The notes under the pieces are model-generated. The model ran no database searches, was not told where the DNA came from, and worked only from the letters and a program-made list of their open reading frames with translations. From Lachnospiraceae bacterium (GTDB taxonomy: Bacteria > Bacillota > Clostridia > Lachnospirales > Lachnospiraceae), in contig SVDY01000006.1 of assembly GCA_015057665.1 (NCBI GenBank), forward strand, positions 35,925 to 99,924: 64,000 nt of DNA, written 5' to 3'. Both the position numbers and the translations under genes were made by a program. Position 1 is the first letter of the stretch; every line of letters starts with the position of its first letter. This document shows, in pieces, positions 38,549 to 50,000 of the stretch.

Positions 38549-39451
38549 ATGATTTTTCTTTACAAAACACCCGAACAATATACAGGGAAGACCATTGATT
38601 TTTTCCTCCGCCAGACCGGCTATTCCCGCCGCCTGATTATTGACTTAAAGGAAACAGAGGACGGCATCCTTTTAAATGGGGAACGAGCCTTCACCAATGT
38701 AAAATTAAATACGGGAGACACCCTTGAGATTCATCTTCCCGCAGAAGAACCATCGGAGCACATTACTCCTGTACCGCTGCCTTTCCCTGTCATATATGAG
38801 GATGAGCATATTATCGCCGTGAACAAACCGTCCGATATGCCCATTCATCCTTCTGTCAACAACCACGAGAATACTCTGGCAAATGCTGCAGCCTGGTATT
38901 TTAAAGAACAGAACATTCCTTTTGTCTTCCGCTGCGTTAACCGGCTTGACCGTGATACCACCGGACTTGTCCTTCTGGCAAAACACCAGTTAAGCGGCTG
39001 CATTTTATCAGAGGCAGTAAAGGCAAGAGAGATTCACAGAGAATATATAGCCGTATGTCAGGGCATTCTGGAAGAGCCAGGAACCATTAACCTTCCAATC
39101 GGAAGGCTTCCCGGTTCCGCCATTATGCGCCGCATCGATCCGGAACAAGGCGAGCATGCCGTAACCCACTATGCTCCGATTGTTTCAGAGAACAATATGA
39201 CCCTTCTTCGCATTCATCTGGAGACGGGCCGTACTCATCAGATCCGTATTCACATGGGAGCCATCGACCATCCTCTTCCCGGCGATTATCTCTACAATCC
39301 GGATTATGAATGGATCGACAGGCAGCCACTTCATTCTGCCAGTCTCACATTTAAACATCCGATCAATGGCATGGAGATGCATCTAACAGCCCCTGTCCCG
39401 GAAGATATGAGACGGCTGTTTCCGAGCTTCTTCAAAAAAGAAAACATCTAA
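38549..39451 (+). CDS. RluA family pseudouridine synthase
   Basis: 300 aa; S4-like N-terminus, NRLDRDTTG catalytic Asp motif, TGRTHQIR motif. Confidence 0.9.
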   Translation: MIFLYKTPEQYTGKTIDFFLRQTGYSRRLIIDLKETEDGILLNGERAFTNVKLNTGDTLEIHLPAEEPSEHITPVPLPFPVIYEDEHIIAVNKPSDMPIHPSVNNHENTLANAAAWYFKEQNIPFVFRCVNRLDRDTTGLVLLAKHQLSGCILSEAVKAREIHREYIAVCQGILEEPGTINLPIGRLPGSAIMRRIDPEQGEHAVTHYAPIVSENNMTLLRIHLETGRTHQIRIHMGAIDHPLPGDYLYNPDYEWIDRQPLHSASLTFKHPINGMEMHLTAPVPEDMRRLFPSFFKKENI

Positions 39452-39657
39452 CATGTCAAATTTTTGCAGCACCCTGCCGCAGATTTCTTCCTTTTTCTAG
39501 AAATGCTTGCAATATCATTTTTTTCATACTACAATGTGATATTGGACAGAATGATATTTTTAGAGATGTCTCTTAGAAACAGAATGCTTTGCAATTCAAA
39601 AGGCTGACTTTCGAAACAGCAGACAGACACAGGATCTATATAGAAAGAAGGATAAAA

Positions 39658-40395
39658 ATGAATTACGTATTAGACGTTCATACACATACACTCACAAGCG
39701 GCCACGCATACTCTACGATCAAAGAAATGGCAGAAGCAGCATCCGAGAAAGGCTTGCATCTTCTCGGTATCACAGAACACGCCCCCCTTATGGACGGTGC
39801 TCCAAACTGGATCTACTTTTCCAATTTAAGAGTTGTTCCAAGGCAGATGTACGGCGTGGAATTAATGTTAGGTGTTGAACTTAATATTCTTGATTACGAT
39901 GGACACTTGGATTTAGACCCGGCAGTTATGGACAGAGTCGACCTTCGTATCGCCAGTCTCCACGACCTATGCATTGCTCCAGGCTCCGTGGAAGATAACA
40001 CCAATGCTACCATCAACGCGATTATGAATCCACGAGTTGACATCATCGGCCATCCGGATGATGGAAGATTCCCTATGGACCTTGAGAAAGTAGTACATTA
40101 TGCTAAAAAGTACAAAACACTTCTCGAAGTGAACAACAACTCCTTAAAACCGGGCGGCTCCCGTGTCGGTGCAGACAAGAATGTACATGAGATGCTTACT
40201 TACTGCAAGAAGCTTCAGGTACCTGTCATTTTAAACAGTGATGCTCATGTTTTTAGCGATGTAGGAAGAAACGATTACTCTCTTCCACTGGTACAAGAGA
40301 TGAATTTCCCGGAAGAACTGGTTGTAAACCGCTCTGTGGAAGCTTTTAAAGCAGCCATCGCAGATAAGAGAAATACATTTCTCTATAACAAATAA
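39658..40395 (+). CDS. PHP-domain phosphatase (YcdX-like)
   Basis: 245 aa from MNYVLDVHTHTLTSGHAYSTI; collinear with E. coli YcdX (ITEH, GHPD, EVNN, SDAH). Confidence 0.85.
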   Translation: MNYVLDVHTHTLTSGHAYSTIKEMAEAASEKGLHLLGITEHAPLMDGAPNWIYFSNLRVVPRQMYGVELMLGVELNILDYDGHLDLDPAVMDRVDLRIASLHDLCIAPGSVEDNTNATINAIMNPRVDIIGHPDDGRFPMDLEKVVHYAKKYKTLLEVNNNSLKPGGSRVGADKNVHEMLTYCKKLQVPVILNSDAHVFSDVGRNDYSLPLVQEMNFPEELVVNRSVEAFKAAIADKRNTFLYNK

Positions 40396-40420
40396 GAACA
40401 ATTTTTCATAAAATAACAGT

Positions 40421-40447
40421 AAAAGGAACGAAATTCGTTCCTTTTTT
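40421..40447 (+). terminator. Rho-independent terminator
   Basis: GGAACG / CGTTCC stem flanked by A-run and T-run. Confidence 0.65.
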
Positions 40448-40529
40448 CATTTTTGTCTTTGAGATTTGTTCATCCTCTGAACTCATCCTAAATGCATTTA
40501 TTTTAATTGAATAAGAAAGGGCGCATGCT

Positions 40530-41450
40530 ATGAACAAAAACTTAAATCCGCCCTCTCATATGAAAAAAATTAATGGCTGGGAAGCTCACAAACAGGGAAT
40601 CTACGGGGAAGGCGTCGGCATCGCCATTTTGGATACAGGCATCTATCCCCATCCGGACTTTCGGGGAAACGGGTTTGTTCACAATATGCCTCGCAACATT
40701 CACATGCGTCCATGTCTTGCCTCTTTTTCCGATTTCGTAAACGGCAGGGAACAGCCTTACGATGACGCCAATCACGGAACTCACATCTGCGGAATCATCG
40801 CTTCCTGCAAAAGAGATCTGTACGGGAATTATTATGGCATTGCACCAAAAGCTCATCTTGTCTGCGCCAAGGTACTGGACGCCAAAGGCAACGGCAAAGT
40901 TTTTACTTCTCTTGCAGCTTTTGAATGGATTTACCGTATCCGCCATAGTTACAACATCCGCATTATCAACATCTCCATGGGCATGCCTGTAAACAGGCCG
41001 GAAGATGAATTTACTCCTTTTATGGAAGCCATCAATGAGCTTTGGAACGAGGGTTTTGTCATCGTTGCCGCTGCCGGCAACAATGGTCCTGGAGAAAAGT
41101 CCATTACCGCTCCAGGTATCGGCCGTAACTTCATCACAGTGGGCTCCTGCGAAGACAACTTCTCCGGACAGGGTCCAACCATTAACTGTATTAAGAAGCC
41201 GGATCTGTGCGCCCCAGGGAAGAATATCTACTCCTGTTCCAATCAGGGCAGCAGTTATATTTACAAAAGCGGTACTTCCATGTCCACGCCCATGGTCTCC
41301 GCAGCTGCAGCTCTGCTTTTATCAAAAGAGCCTAACCTGACCAACAAAGAAGTCAAAAAAAGACTCCTTGCCTCCGCCAGGAATCTTGGTCTTCCGTGGC
41401 AGCAGCAGGGAGCCGGCATGTTAGATATTAAAACTTTATTAGAAATATAA
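40530..41450 (+). CDS. S8 (subtilisin) family serine peptidase, compact and without signal peptide
   Basis: 306 aa; Asp (AILDTGI), His (HGTHICG), Ser (SGTSMSTPMV) motifs; no N-terminal hydrophobic leader or pro-domain. Confidence 0.85.
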   Translation: MNKNLNPPSHMKKINGWEAHKQGIYGEGVGIAILDTGIYPHPDFRGNGFVHNMPRNIHMRPCLASFSDFVNGREQPYDDANHGTHICGIIASCKRDLYGNYYGIAPKAHLVCAKVLDAKGNGKVFTSLAAFEWIYRIRHSYNIRIINISMGMPVNRPEDEFTPFMEAINELWNEGFVIVAAAGNNGPGEKSITAPGIGRNFITVGSCEDNFSGQGPTINCIKKPDLCAPGKNIYSCSNQGSSYIYKSGTSMSTPMVSAAAALLLSKEPNLTNKEVKKRLLASARNLGLPWQQQGAGMLDIKTLLEI

Positions 41451-41500
41451 TCAAAATTTTAAATCTTCGTAAGGCAATTTAAAATTTTGATATTATTCTA

Positions 41501-42379
41501 CTATTTTGCAGCTTCGTAAAGCTCTTTTAACTCCTCTACAGAGAACTTGTAATGGGAATTACAGAAATGACAATTTACCTCGATTTCTTCTCCATCGTTT
41601 ATCATCTTCTGTATTTCAGCCTTTCCAACACTCACTACAGCAGAGGAAACTCGTTCCTTGGAACAGTTACAGTAGAATCTTGTTGGAATTCTGTCTGTAT
41701 ATGTCACGTCATATCCTTCTAATAAAGCTTCAATAATCTGCTCCGGTGTCTCACCGTTGTCCAGATGGCTTGTAATAGAAGAAAAATCAGCAAGTTTCTT
41801 CTCAAGGGCTGTAATCAGTTCTTCGCTTGCAAACGGCATAAGCTGAATGATGAATCCGCCAGCCTGTCTTACCGTATTGTTCTTATTCATGAGCACACCG
41901 AGAGCCACGGATGTGGGAATCTGTTCGGAAGATGCAAAGTAATAAGTTAAGTCCTCTGCAATCTCGCTTGTGCACAAGTTTACCTGGCCGGAATATGGTT
42001 CTTTTAAACCAAGGTCTTTAATTACTGTCAAAGTACCATAGCCGATAGCTGCACCTACGTCTAACTTTCCTGCCCAGCTTGGCGGAATGATAACAACAGG
42101 GTTATATGCATAGCCCTTTACATTTGCCTTTGCATCAGCAGTAACCGTAAGGCCTTCAATCGGACCATCCCCGCGTACAGTAAGGGTTACTAAATCTGTA
42201 TCGTTCTTACACATGGAGCCCATCATGGCACCTGCTGTCAAGAGACGGCCAAGGGCTGCTGTTGCAACCGGGCTTGTTTCATGTCTCTGTCTTGCTTCTT
42301 CCACAAGATTTCTGGAATAGGCTGCAAAGAAACGAACCTGATTGTTCGCAGCCATTCCTCTTACAATATAATCTTCCAT
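41501..42379 (-). CDS. hslO: Hsp33 family redox-regulated chaperone
   Basis: 292 aa; C-terminal CNCS...CHFC zinc centre. Confidence 0.9.
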   Translation of the reverse strand: MEDYIVRGMAANNQVRFFAAYSRNLVEEARQRHETSPVATAALGRLLTAGAMMGSMCKNDTDLVTLTVRGDGPIEGLTVTADAKANVKGYAYNPVVIIPPSWAGKLDVGAAIGYGTLTVIKDLGLKEPYSGQVNLCTSEIAEDLTYYFASSEQIPTSVALGVLMNKNNTVRQAGGFIIQLMPFASEELITALEKKLADFSSITSHLDNGETPEQIIEALLEGYDVTYTDRIPTRFYCNCSKERVSSAVVSVGKAEIQKMINDGEEIEVNCHFCNSHYKFSVEELKELYEAAK

Positions 42380-42442
42380 CGATTCTATCTCCTTGATTCA
42401 ACTATTGATTTCTCTATTGCAGATGTGCAATCTCAGAATACC

Positions 42443-43231
42443 TTACTCCGCATCCTTCATCATTGCACTTTTCTTCACTTCTTTTGCGATAACACGGATT
42501 CGTCCGCTGTCTGCTCTGACCGGACCGCCCTCATCTCCATCTTCTGCAGATAAGAACACAAGCCCTGCCGCCTCAAGATATTCCTTCATCTCATCAAGGC
42601 TGTAGCCCCTTTGATAATGGAATTCCTGGAACTTACGGTAAATGTCTTCTTCCTCCTGAACAAAAATTGATAAAGCGTATTCGTTGATACGATCTTCTTC
42701 ATCGTAATAATTATCCCAGATAAAGCTCATCTCGTCTCTGTCTTCCGCAATGACTCTCTCACCAATCAACTCTCTGTACTTATAATCTGTATTAAAGTCA
42801 AAGATAAAAAGTCCGTCCGGGTCCAGATAGTTGTCTACCAGTCTAAATACTTCCTTTACTTCCTCCGATTCCAGAATATAATTGATGCTGTCGCATACAC
42901 AGAGAACGGCTCTCACTGTTCCGTACAGCTCAAATTCTCTCATATCCTGTTCCAGATAAAGAATATCCATGCCTTCGCTTTTCTCACGGGCAATCTCCAG
43001 CATGTCCATAGAATAGTCCACACCGATCATGTCATATCCCTGCTCATGAAGAAGCACGGAAAGACTTCCTGTTCCACATCCAAGGTCTAAAAGGATGCCG
43101 TCTTCAATACCGTAGTTTTTCATAATGGAAATGAAGTCTTTTGCCCATGTTTCATAAGGCACATTATCCATAAAAGTATCATATACTCTGGCAAAGCTTT
43201 CATACATGCATCCAGTTTCATATTCCTGCAT
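42443..43231 (-). CDS. class I SAM-dependent methyltransferase
   Basis: LDLGCGTGSLS motif I; start set at the ATG with a GGAGGG SD (the ORF-track start is an upstream TTG). Confidence 0.8.
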   Translation of the reverse strand: MQEYETGCMYESFARVYDTFMDNVPYETWAKDFISIMKNYGIEDGILLDLGCGTGSLSVLLHEQGYDMIGVDYSMDMLEIAREKSEGMDILYLEQDMREFELYGTVRAVLCVCDSINYILESEEVKEVFRLVDNYLDPDGLFIFDFNTDYKYRELIGERVIAEDRDEMSFIWDNYYDEEDRINEYALSIFVQEEEDIYRKFQEFHYQRGYSLDEMKEYLEAAGLVFLSAEDGDEGGPVRADSGRIRVIAKEVKKSAMMKDAE

Positions 43232-43341
43232 ACTGCTGCCCTCCAATCGAAACTAATCCAAATATCTGTCCAGAGCCGTCAGCGTCCACACAGGCTGCTA
43301 CCCTTCCACTCTCTGCACAAATGATTATTATATAATAGAAA

Positions 43342-46300
43342 TCAACATTTGTCTACCACCAGAGTCTTTGAAAGACCAAAGGAATAGATGAAAGTCTCTT
43401 TTACTTTTTTACCGGTCATCTGTTCCAGCGCACGTTTGTACCACATAAGCTGTGCCCGGTATTTATCAACAAGAGTATTTTCCTGCCCTGTTTCCACAGA
43501 ATCCGTTTTGTAATCAAGAAGAACCAGTCCGTCCTCTTCTTCCATGTAAAGGTCGATAATCCCCTGAACAAGAACCATTTCCTCACTGTCCACAGCCGGT
43601 TCCATCTCATGCATAGGAACACCGATCATAAACTGGACTTCTTTATAGATTCGGCCTTTTTTCTCCGCCTCAATCAAACGTCTGCCAATTTGACTTTGGA
43701 AGAATCGTTTCATCTTACTGACAGGTATAGAGGATACATATTCTGCCGGGAATCTTCCTGCTTCTACTAAACTGTCAATCTCTGCAGATAAACCATTGTC
43801 CTCAACCGCTGCAAATGACAGTTCTTCCATTAATTTGTGAACTGCCGTACCACGGCTTGCGCCGGTAAGGAGAATATCTTCCTGCTTCTCTTTCAGAAAT
43901 TCAGGAACCAATTGTATTTTTTCCTTACCTTTGTGCACCTCTTTTCTTTCATCCACCGGAGTCAGAAGCGGTTCCTCCATACTTTCTTCCTTTAACTGAG
44001 ACACAGACCACTTGCTTCTCGCCTTCAATTCCTGTCTTTTCGGATATTCCCAGGCAAAAGCTTTCTCTATTTTTTCTGTTTCCTTCTTCTCCATCGGCTC
44101 ATTTACAAATCTGCAAAAGTCAGCCCGGTCAAACACATCTCTTAGCTGGCTTCTCACTTCCCTGCCAAACACGGAAGATGCCTTCACCACATTGACCTGA
44201 AAACAGGTCTGCTCTCCGGGAACTGCAAAATATCCCTGTTCCTCCATAATCACATTGTAACTCTCCCGAAATGCATCCAGCCCGTGGTCACGGAGTAATG
44301 CCGGGAATATCCAATGAAGATAGGTCGTTGCTTTCACCATTTTTGCAAAATGAAGTTCCGCCTCGGGATTTTCTCCAATCTCTCTGAACGTTTTGCCAAA
44401 GTCATCCATGGTGCCTGTCATAATCAGCTTGTCTCTGGCACGGGTCATAGCCACATAGAGAACGCGCAGTTCTTCCCCAAGCATGGATAAAGTAAGCTGC
44501 CGGCTGATCATCTTTTTCTGCTGGGATTGATATTTCACCCTGTTTTTAAGATCAATGCAGTCCAATCCTATATAGTAATCCGGATGAAGAAGCATTCTCT
44601 GATTCCGATCCATAAAATTAAACATCTTTCCCGTTCCGCTTAAAAATACAACCGGAAACTCCAGGCCTTTACTTTTATGAATACTCATAATGCGGACAAC
44701 ATCTGCCTCTTCACCAAGCACCATCGCTTCCCCATAATCAATATCATAGCTTCTAAGCTGTTCTATGTACTGCACAAAATGAAACAGGCCTTTAAAACTT
44801 GTATTTTCATACTCTGCTGCTTTTTCCATAAAAACACGGATATTGGCCATACGCTGTTCTCCGTTTGGCATACTTCCAACCAGATGGTAATAATCTGTCT
44901 TTTCAAGGAGAGACCATATCAGTTCCGGAAGAGAAAGCCTTGTCTTTTCTTCTCTTAATTCTGAAAGCAGAGTAAGTACTGCGTTAATCTTTTCTTTTAA
45001 TTTCTCATCAGATCCATTGGTGAGATAATAAAGCATCTCATCGTAATACGTATCCTCTTTTCTTCGTTCTGCCACAACCAGACTCCGGATTACAGCAAGA
45101 TCCTCACCGGTAAATCCCCCGATTGGAGAACGGAGCACGGCTGCCATAGGAATATCCTGATAAATATTATCCACCACGGTCAGAAGATTAAGTAAAACAC
45201 GGATTTCGAAAGTATCAAAGTAACCTCGTCTGCTCTCAGTGTGAACAGGAATGCCTGCCATGGTCAGAGCATCTTCAAATACAGAAGCCCATCCTTCCAT
45301 AGTCCGAAGAAGAATAACGATATCCTTATATCTGACCGCATTGTTTTTGATTCCTGCTGCCATATCTGTCCCGGCATCCTTATCCCATACACCCCGGCTC
45401 TCATACCGCATATGGGTCAGTTCTTTGATTCGTTCTGCCACCATTTTGGCTTCCAGTTCCACTTTGGACTGTTCCCGCCATTCACCGTAACTCTCCTCTT
45501 CTTTTTCCAGATCCATAATCCACAGTTCCTGTGGAATTATATTTTCCGTCATGGCGTTTCCGCCCCGGTTCATATGGTTCTTAAAAGCTTCCGCTTTTTC
45601 CTCCGGGGGTACCAGTGCCGCCTTTTCTTCGTAGAGAACATCTCCAAGGGATGGTTTCATAATCTGATAAAAAATATAATTAATTCCGTACAACACTTCC
45701 GGCCTGCTTCTGAAATTATTACGAAGTTCCACATTGGCATGAAGTCCGCTTTTTTCTCCAAGAGCATACTTCTCAAGGAATATCTCCGGCCGAGCCATTC
45801 GGAACTTATAGATACTCTGCTTTATATCGCCAACCATAAACCGGTTGCCGTCCTCTTCTCTGGAAACAGCTTTTAACAGTACTTCCTGAATCAGATTGCT
45901 GTCCTGGTATTCGTCAGTAAAGACAGCCTGATAGCGGAAGGAGAGTTCCTCTGCAAGCGGTGTCTTTGCCACTTCACCGTCCTTATAATCTGTAATGAGA
46001 AGTTTCAATGCCAGATGCTCCAGATCATGGAATTCCAACACGTTTTTCTCCTGCTTCAGCGCCATATAATTTTTTGAAAAATCCAGTACCAGTCCAATCA
46101 GGACTGCAGCAAATGGCTTTAACATTTCTGCTTCCTTATGAATCTGCGCCAAAGACGCCTGGTAACAGTCATTTTTCAGACCTTCCACCATCTTTTTCGC
46201 CTCATCCCGAAGCCCCTTTGCCTTTTCGTACTGTTCCTTTATGTAAGGATCTTTTGTCCGTACCCCGGGATTTCTTTTGAATATAAGATTGCGAAAGGCC

Positions 46301-47094
46301 TCCACCCTCGTTTCATAAGATTCAGCCATCCGGACTGCATGAACCGCTTCTTTTTCTTCTATTAAAAATGGAAGAAATTTCTTTGCCGTTAAAGGCTCTT
46401 CTTTGGAAATCGCAATACTTCTATCCAGACACAACATGGCATCGTCCAAAATACGGTCTCCATATTCCAGCACTTTCAAAAGCCATACCGGTTCGCTTTC
46501 CCTCATACACAGCCCATCCAGTGCTTCCTTAAGCCATTTTTCCGGTATAGGATGACTGATGGAAAAATCAAACACTCTGAGTATCATCTCTCCAACGGCC
46601 CTGTCATCTTTTCCATAACTATAGGCTTCCACAAAGCGGAGAAACTCCTCTTCTCTGTTTTGGTAATACTTTTCCAACAATTCATCTAACACCTGCTCTT
46701 TTAAAAGAACCATCTCCCCTTCTTCTCCGATCCGAAATCCCGGATCCAAAGAAATCAGGTGAAAATGATTTCTGAGCAGATGGGTACAGAAGCTGTGAAT
46801 CGTAGAAATAGGTGCCCGATGAATGTAGGACAGCTGCTCCTGAATCCTGTTATTTTCCGGATGACGTATGCCCTCTTCCAAAAGACGATTGCCAATTCGT
46901 TCTTTCATCTCAGCTGCCGCTGCTTTTGTAAAGGTCACAACAAGGATTTTATCAATATCATAGTCTTCTTCACACACCATCTTCACAATGCGCTCTACCA
47001 AAACTGCTGTTTTACCTGAGCCCGCCGCTGCAGATACAAGCAGATTCTTCCCCCTCAAATCAATTGCCTTTTGCTGTTCTTTCGTCCATCCCAC
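43342..47094 (-). CDS. addA: helicase-exonuclease AddAB subunit AddA
   Basis: 1250 aa; UvrD-type helicase motifs (AAAGSGKT) plus C-terminal PD-(D/E)xK nuclease (GIIDL...DYKTD). Confidence 0.9.
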   Translation of the reverse strand: MGWTKEQQKAIDLRGKNLLVSAAAGSGKTAVLVERIVKMVCEEDYDIDKILVVTFTKAAAAEMKERIGNRLLEEGIRHPENNRIQEQLSYIHRAPISTIHSFCTHLLRNHFHLISLDPGFRIGEEGEMVLLKEQVLDELLEKYYQNREEEFLRFVEAYSYGKDDRAVGEMILRVFDFSISHPIPEKWLKEALDGLCMRESEPVWLLKVLEYGDRILDDAMLCLDRSIAISKEEPLTAKKFLPFLIEEKEAVHAVRMAESYETRVEAFRNLIFKRNPGVRTKDPYIKEQYEKAKGLRDEAKKMVEGLKNDCYQASLAQIHKEAEMLKPFAAVLIGLVLDFSKNYMALKQEKNVLEFHDLEHLALKLLITDYKDGEVAKTPLAEELSFRYQAVFTDEYQDSNLIQEVLLKAVSREEDGNRFMVGDIKQSIYKFRMARPEIFLEKYALGEKSGLHANVELRNNFRSRPEVLYGINYIFYQIMKPSLGDVLYEEKAALVPPEEKAEAFKNHMNRGGNAMTENIIPQELWIMDLEKEEESYGEWREQSKVELEAKMVAERIKELTHMRYESRGVWDKDAGTDMAAGIKNNAVRYKDIVILLRTMEGWASVFEDALTMAGIPVHTESRRGYFDTFEIRVLLNLLTVVDNIYQDIPMAAVLRSPIGGFTGEDLAVIRSLVVAERRKEDTYYDEMLYYLTNGSDEKLKEKINAVLTLLSELREEKTRLSLPELIWSLLEKTDYYHLVGSMPNGEQRMANIRVFMEKAAEYENTSFKGLFHFVQYIEQLRSYDIDYGEAMVLGEEADVVRIMSIHKSKGLEFPVVFLSGTGKMFNFMDRNQRMLLHPDYYIGLDCIDLKNRVKYQSQQKKMISRQLTLSMLGEELRVLYVAMTRARDKLIMTGTMDDFGKTFREIGENPEAELHFAKMVKATTYLHWIFPALLRDHGLDAFRESYNVIMEEQGYFAVPGEQTCFQVNVVKASSVFGREVRSQLRDVFDRADFCRFVNEPMEKKETEKIEKAFAWEYPKRQELKARSKWSVSQLKEESMEEPLLTPVDERKEVHKGKEKIQLVPEFLKEKQEDILLTGASRGTAVHKLMEELSFAAVEDNGLSAEIDSLVEAGRFPAEYVSSIPVSKMKRFFQSQIGRRLIEAEKKGRIYKEVQFMIGVPMHEMEPAVDSEEMVLVQGIIDLYMEEEDGLVLLDYKTDSVETGQENTLVDKYRAQLMWYKRALEQMTGKKVKETFIYSFGLSKTLVVDKC

Positions 47095-47098
47095 ATTC

Positions 47099-50000
47099 TC
47101 ACCTTCTTTCTTCTATCTGATTCCACAAATCTTTCTTATCTATTTTCTTTATTTTTCGGTACCGGTTTCCTTCAAATGACGGATCAAAACCACAGATGCC
47201 TTTGTAATCACAGTAATCACAGGCTGTTCTCTTATCTTCTCTATATGGCTCTATGGCGATATTACCATCTAAAATCTCATTTCCATAAGCCGCTAACTGT
47301 TTCTTTACATAATTACCAAGGGCTTCAAACTGATCCCTTGTGGCAATGTTGGAAACCGCCGTAAATGTTCCGTCTTTTTTATAGGACACAGGAATGGATT
47401 TCTCCTCCCCAAAATCCAGATGCTCTACCACTTCTTTTTCACCCAGAACAAGACCGGAAAGGTCAAACTGGCTAAGAAGGGCTTCTTCCGCACCGGATGC
47501 TTTCTCCAGTTCCACAAGGGGATCCTGAATGTGGAAGTAGAAAATTCCGGCAGGCACCACTGTTTTTTTCTGATCCATGGAAGCCTTCTCCATGGCCGCA
47601 TTTAAATAAACCACCAGCTGTAAGGAAAGTCCGTGATAAATATCCGCAAGCTGGAACATTTTCATACCGGATTTGTAATCTGTCACCTTAAGATAAAGAT
47701 TATCCTCATCTTCATAATAGTCGATTCTGTCAATTACGCCTCGCAGTTCCAGGGAAGCTCCATGATTTAAGGACAGTTTCACTGCCTCTAAATCCTTACG
47801 GCTCTGGAATCTCCATTCCAGTTCTGCCGGTTCAAAATCACTCTTTTTCAGCTGCTCGCAAAGAGCCCAGGCTGTTCTTTTCACAAGCCGCTCCATTCGT
47901 TCTATACACGCCTCATTGCGGGCGCTGCTATGAAAGATGGCAGAGTCATAATCTTCTACGGCTCTTCTTAAACATTCCACCGCCAGGGCATCCCTTGTCT
48001 CTGCTTCCATAAAGCGAAGTCCCTGGCCTCTCTTCTTCGCCTCTTTCGCAAAAAGTTCCAGACATCGGTGAAGAATCTGTCCAAGATCTGCTGACTGAAT
48101 CTGATACTTCTGCCGGCTGTTCAGCACAAGGCCGTATTTTAAAAAGTGGGCAAATGCACACCCTGCGTAGGATTCCAGTCTTGTCACGCTGGTTTCCATG
48201 CGGAGTCCGTAGATTGCCTTTGCTGCTTCCAGACTTAAGCCTTTCTCGCCGTTTGTATAAAATCTGCCTTTCAAGGCATCCTCAATCCATTGTTTTCCTT
48301 CATCCGTGCGGAAGAGCCAATGAAGAAGAGCCTCATCTTCTTTATCTGCCTTTCCTGCAAACCAGGAATCGAGTCCCTGTCTCACATAGGAAAGACTGGA
48401 TCTGGCTGTGTAATATTCTCTTTTCTCTTCCAGACCTTCTCCCATGGTCAGCTGTGGGAACAGAAGTTTTAAACGTCCAATCAGATAAGAAGGCCGGATC
48501 GATTTTCCTTCCTGATCCACAGAAGCCAAAGTAAGATAAAGCTTCTCGGAAGGTTTGGTCATGTTCAGATACAGATAGAACTGCTCCAGAGCTGTATTCT
48601 TTCTGCCGCCCGGTGCCAGGGAAAAATCCGCCTGAAGCAGTTCTTCTCTGTCGCTGTCACTTAAGATTCCACCGCCTTTTTCCGGCTTTGGAATAATACC
48701 CTCGTTTACGCCAAGGAAGAATAATATCTTTAACCGGTTCAATCTGGTTCTTTCCACATCACCGATCACAACCTGATCCGGTCCCGGAGGAATGACGCCA
48801 AGTTCTAACTGTTCCAGACCCGCATCCATAATCTTGCGGAGCTCTGATAGTTCCAGTTCTTCTTCACCAAGGATTCCGGCGATTTTATCAAACAGTCCAA
48901 TGATAAGACCATATACCTGGGAATAAGCTGACATGAAAACATATTCGCCCTTTTCCTCAAATCCGGCTGCGGCAGCTTCCATCTTTTCCTCATACTGCAT
49001 CTTCACCATATAGAAATAAAGAGCTTCCAGATATTCTTTCACCATTGCTCTCTTCTTACGAAACACAGGCGCCAGTTCTTTCAGTTCTTCATAAAGCTGC
49101 CCCCTTGCTTTCTCAGCCTGGGCGCAGATCTTGTCTCCCATTCTTCTTGGTTTTCTTCGGAATGGAGCTGTATATGCCCCATACCCGCGGAGGCCTGTGG
49201 CCAGCAGATAGTTATCAAGGGCATCCCCATCCTCCATCTCTATGTCTGTCATGCCGTTTTTTACATAATGGCAGACACTCTCATAACTGAAGTCATATTC
49301 GAAAAGAGCAAAAATTCCTCTGATACTTTCCACAAGAGGATGGCTTCTCATCCCTGTTGTATCGTCCAGGAAACAGGGAATCTCATACTCTTTAAAAATG
49401 CGGCACAGCCGCATTCCGTAACGGGATAAGTCTCCGGAAATAATCCCAATATCACGGTATCGGAGTCCTTCTTCTCTCACCAGCCTGCTGATGGTTCTGG
49501 CTGCAAAAAGTGCTTCCTCTTCCGGATCCGCCAGCTGTCTGACAAGAATCTGTTCTGTTGGTCTCTCGTATGTATGATTTCCCGGACGGAACAAGGTACG
49601 TTCCAGAAAATCCAATTCGCTGCCTTGTACAAACCGGCTGGTACGTTTCGAACTGCCATCTTCCCTTTTTCCTGTCACATTACACTTGTTATCCTCCGGC
49701 CGTACAATCCAGTCCTCAAGAACAGGAACCGCCTGCTCTTTTGCAATCTGCTTCAGCTTTGTAATGGTCTCTTTGCTGACTGCAAATAATTCATAGTCCA
49801 AAATCTGTCTGAATCCTGCTTCTGATTCATCCATGGTCACGGCCACAAACATATCTTTGCATATAGGCATTATCTCAGCCAGCAGATCATACTGCACCGG
49901 TGTAAAACCGGTAAACCCATCCAGAACAACAACACTGTTTTTCAGAATGTTCGACTCAAAAGCTCTTCTTCCAAGCACAGTAAGCAGCTGTTCTGCCACA

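Noticed and set aside
45241-45876. 211-aa plus-strand ORF inside addA (and similar antisense ORFs 44677-44958, 46008-46365, 48154-48534)
   Set aside because: These are antisense to a strongly recognisable 1250-aa gene. The translations are low-complexity with no SD, as expected for shadow ORFs.
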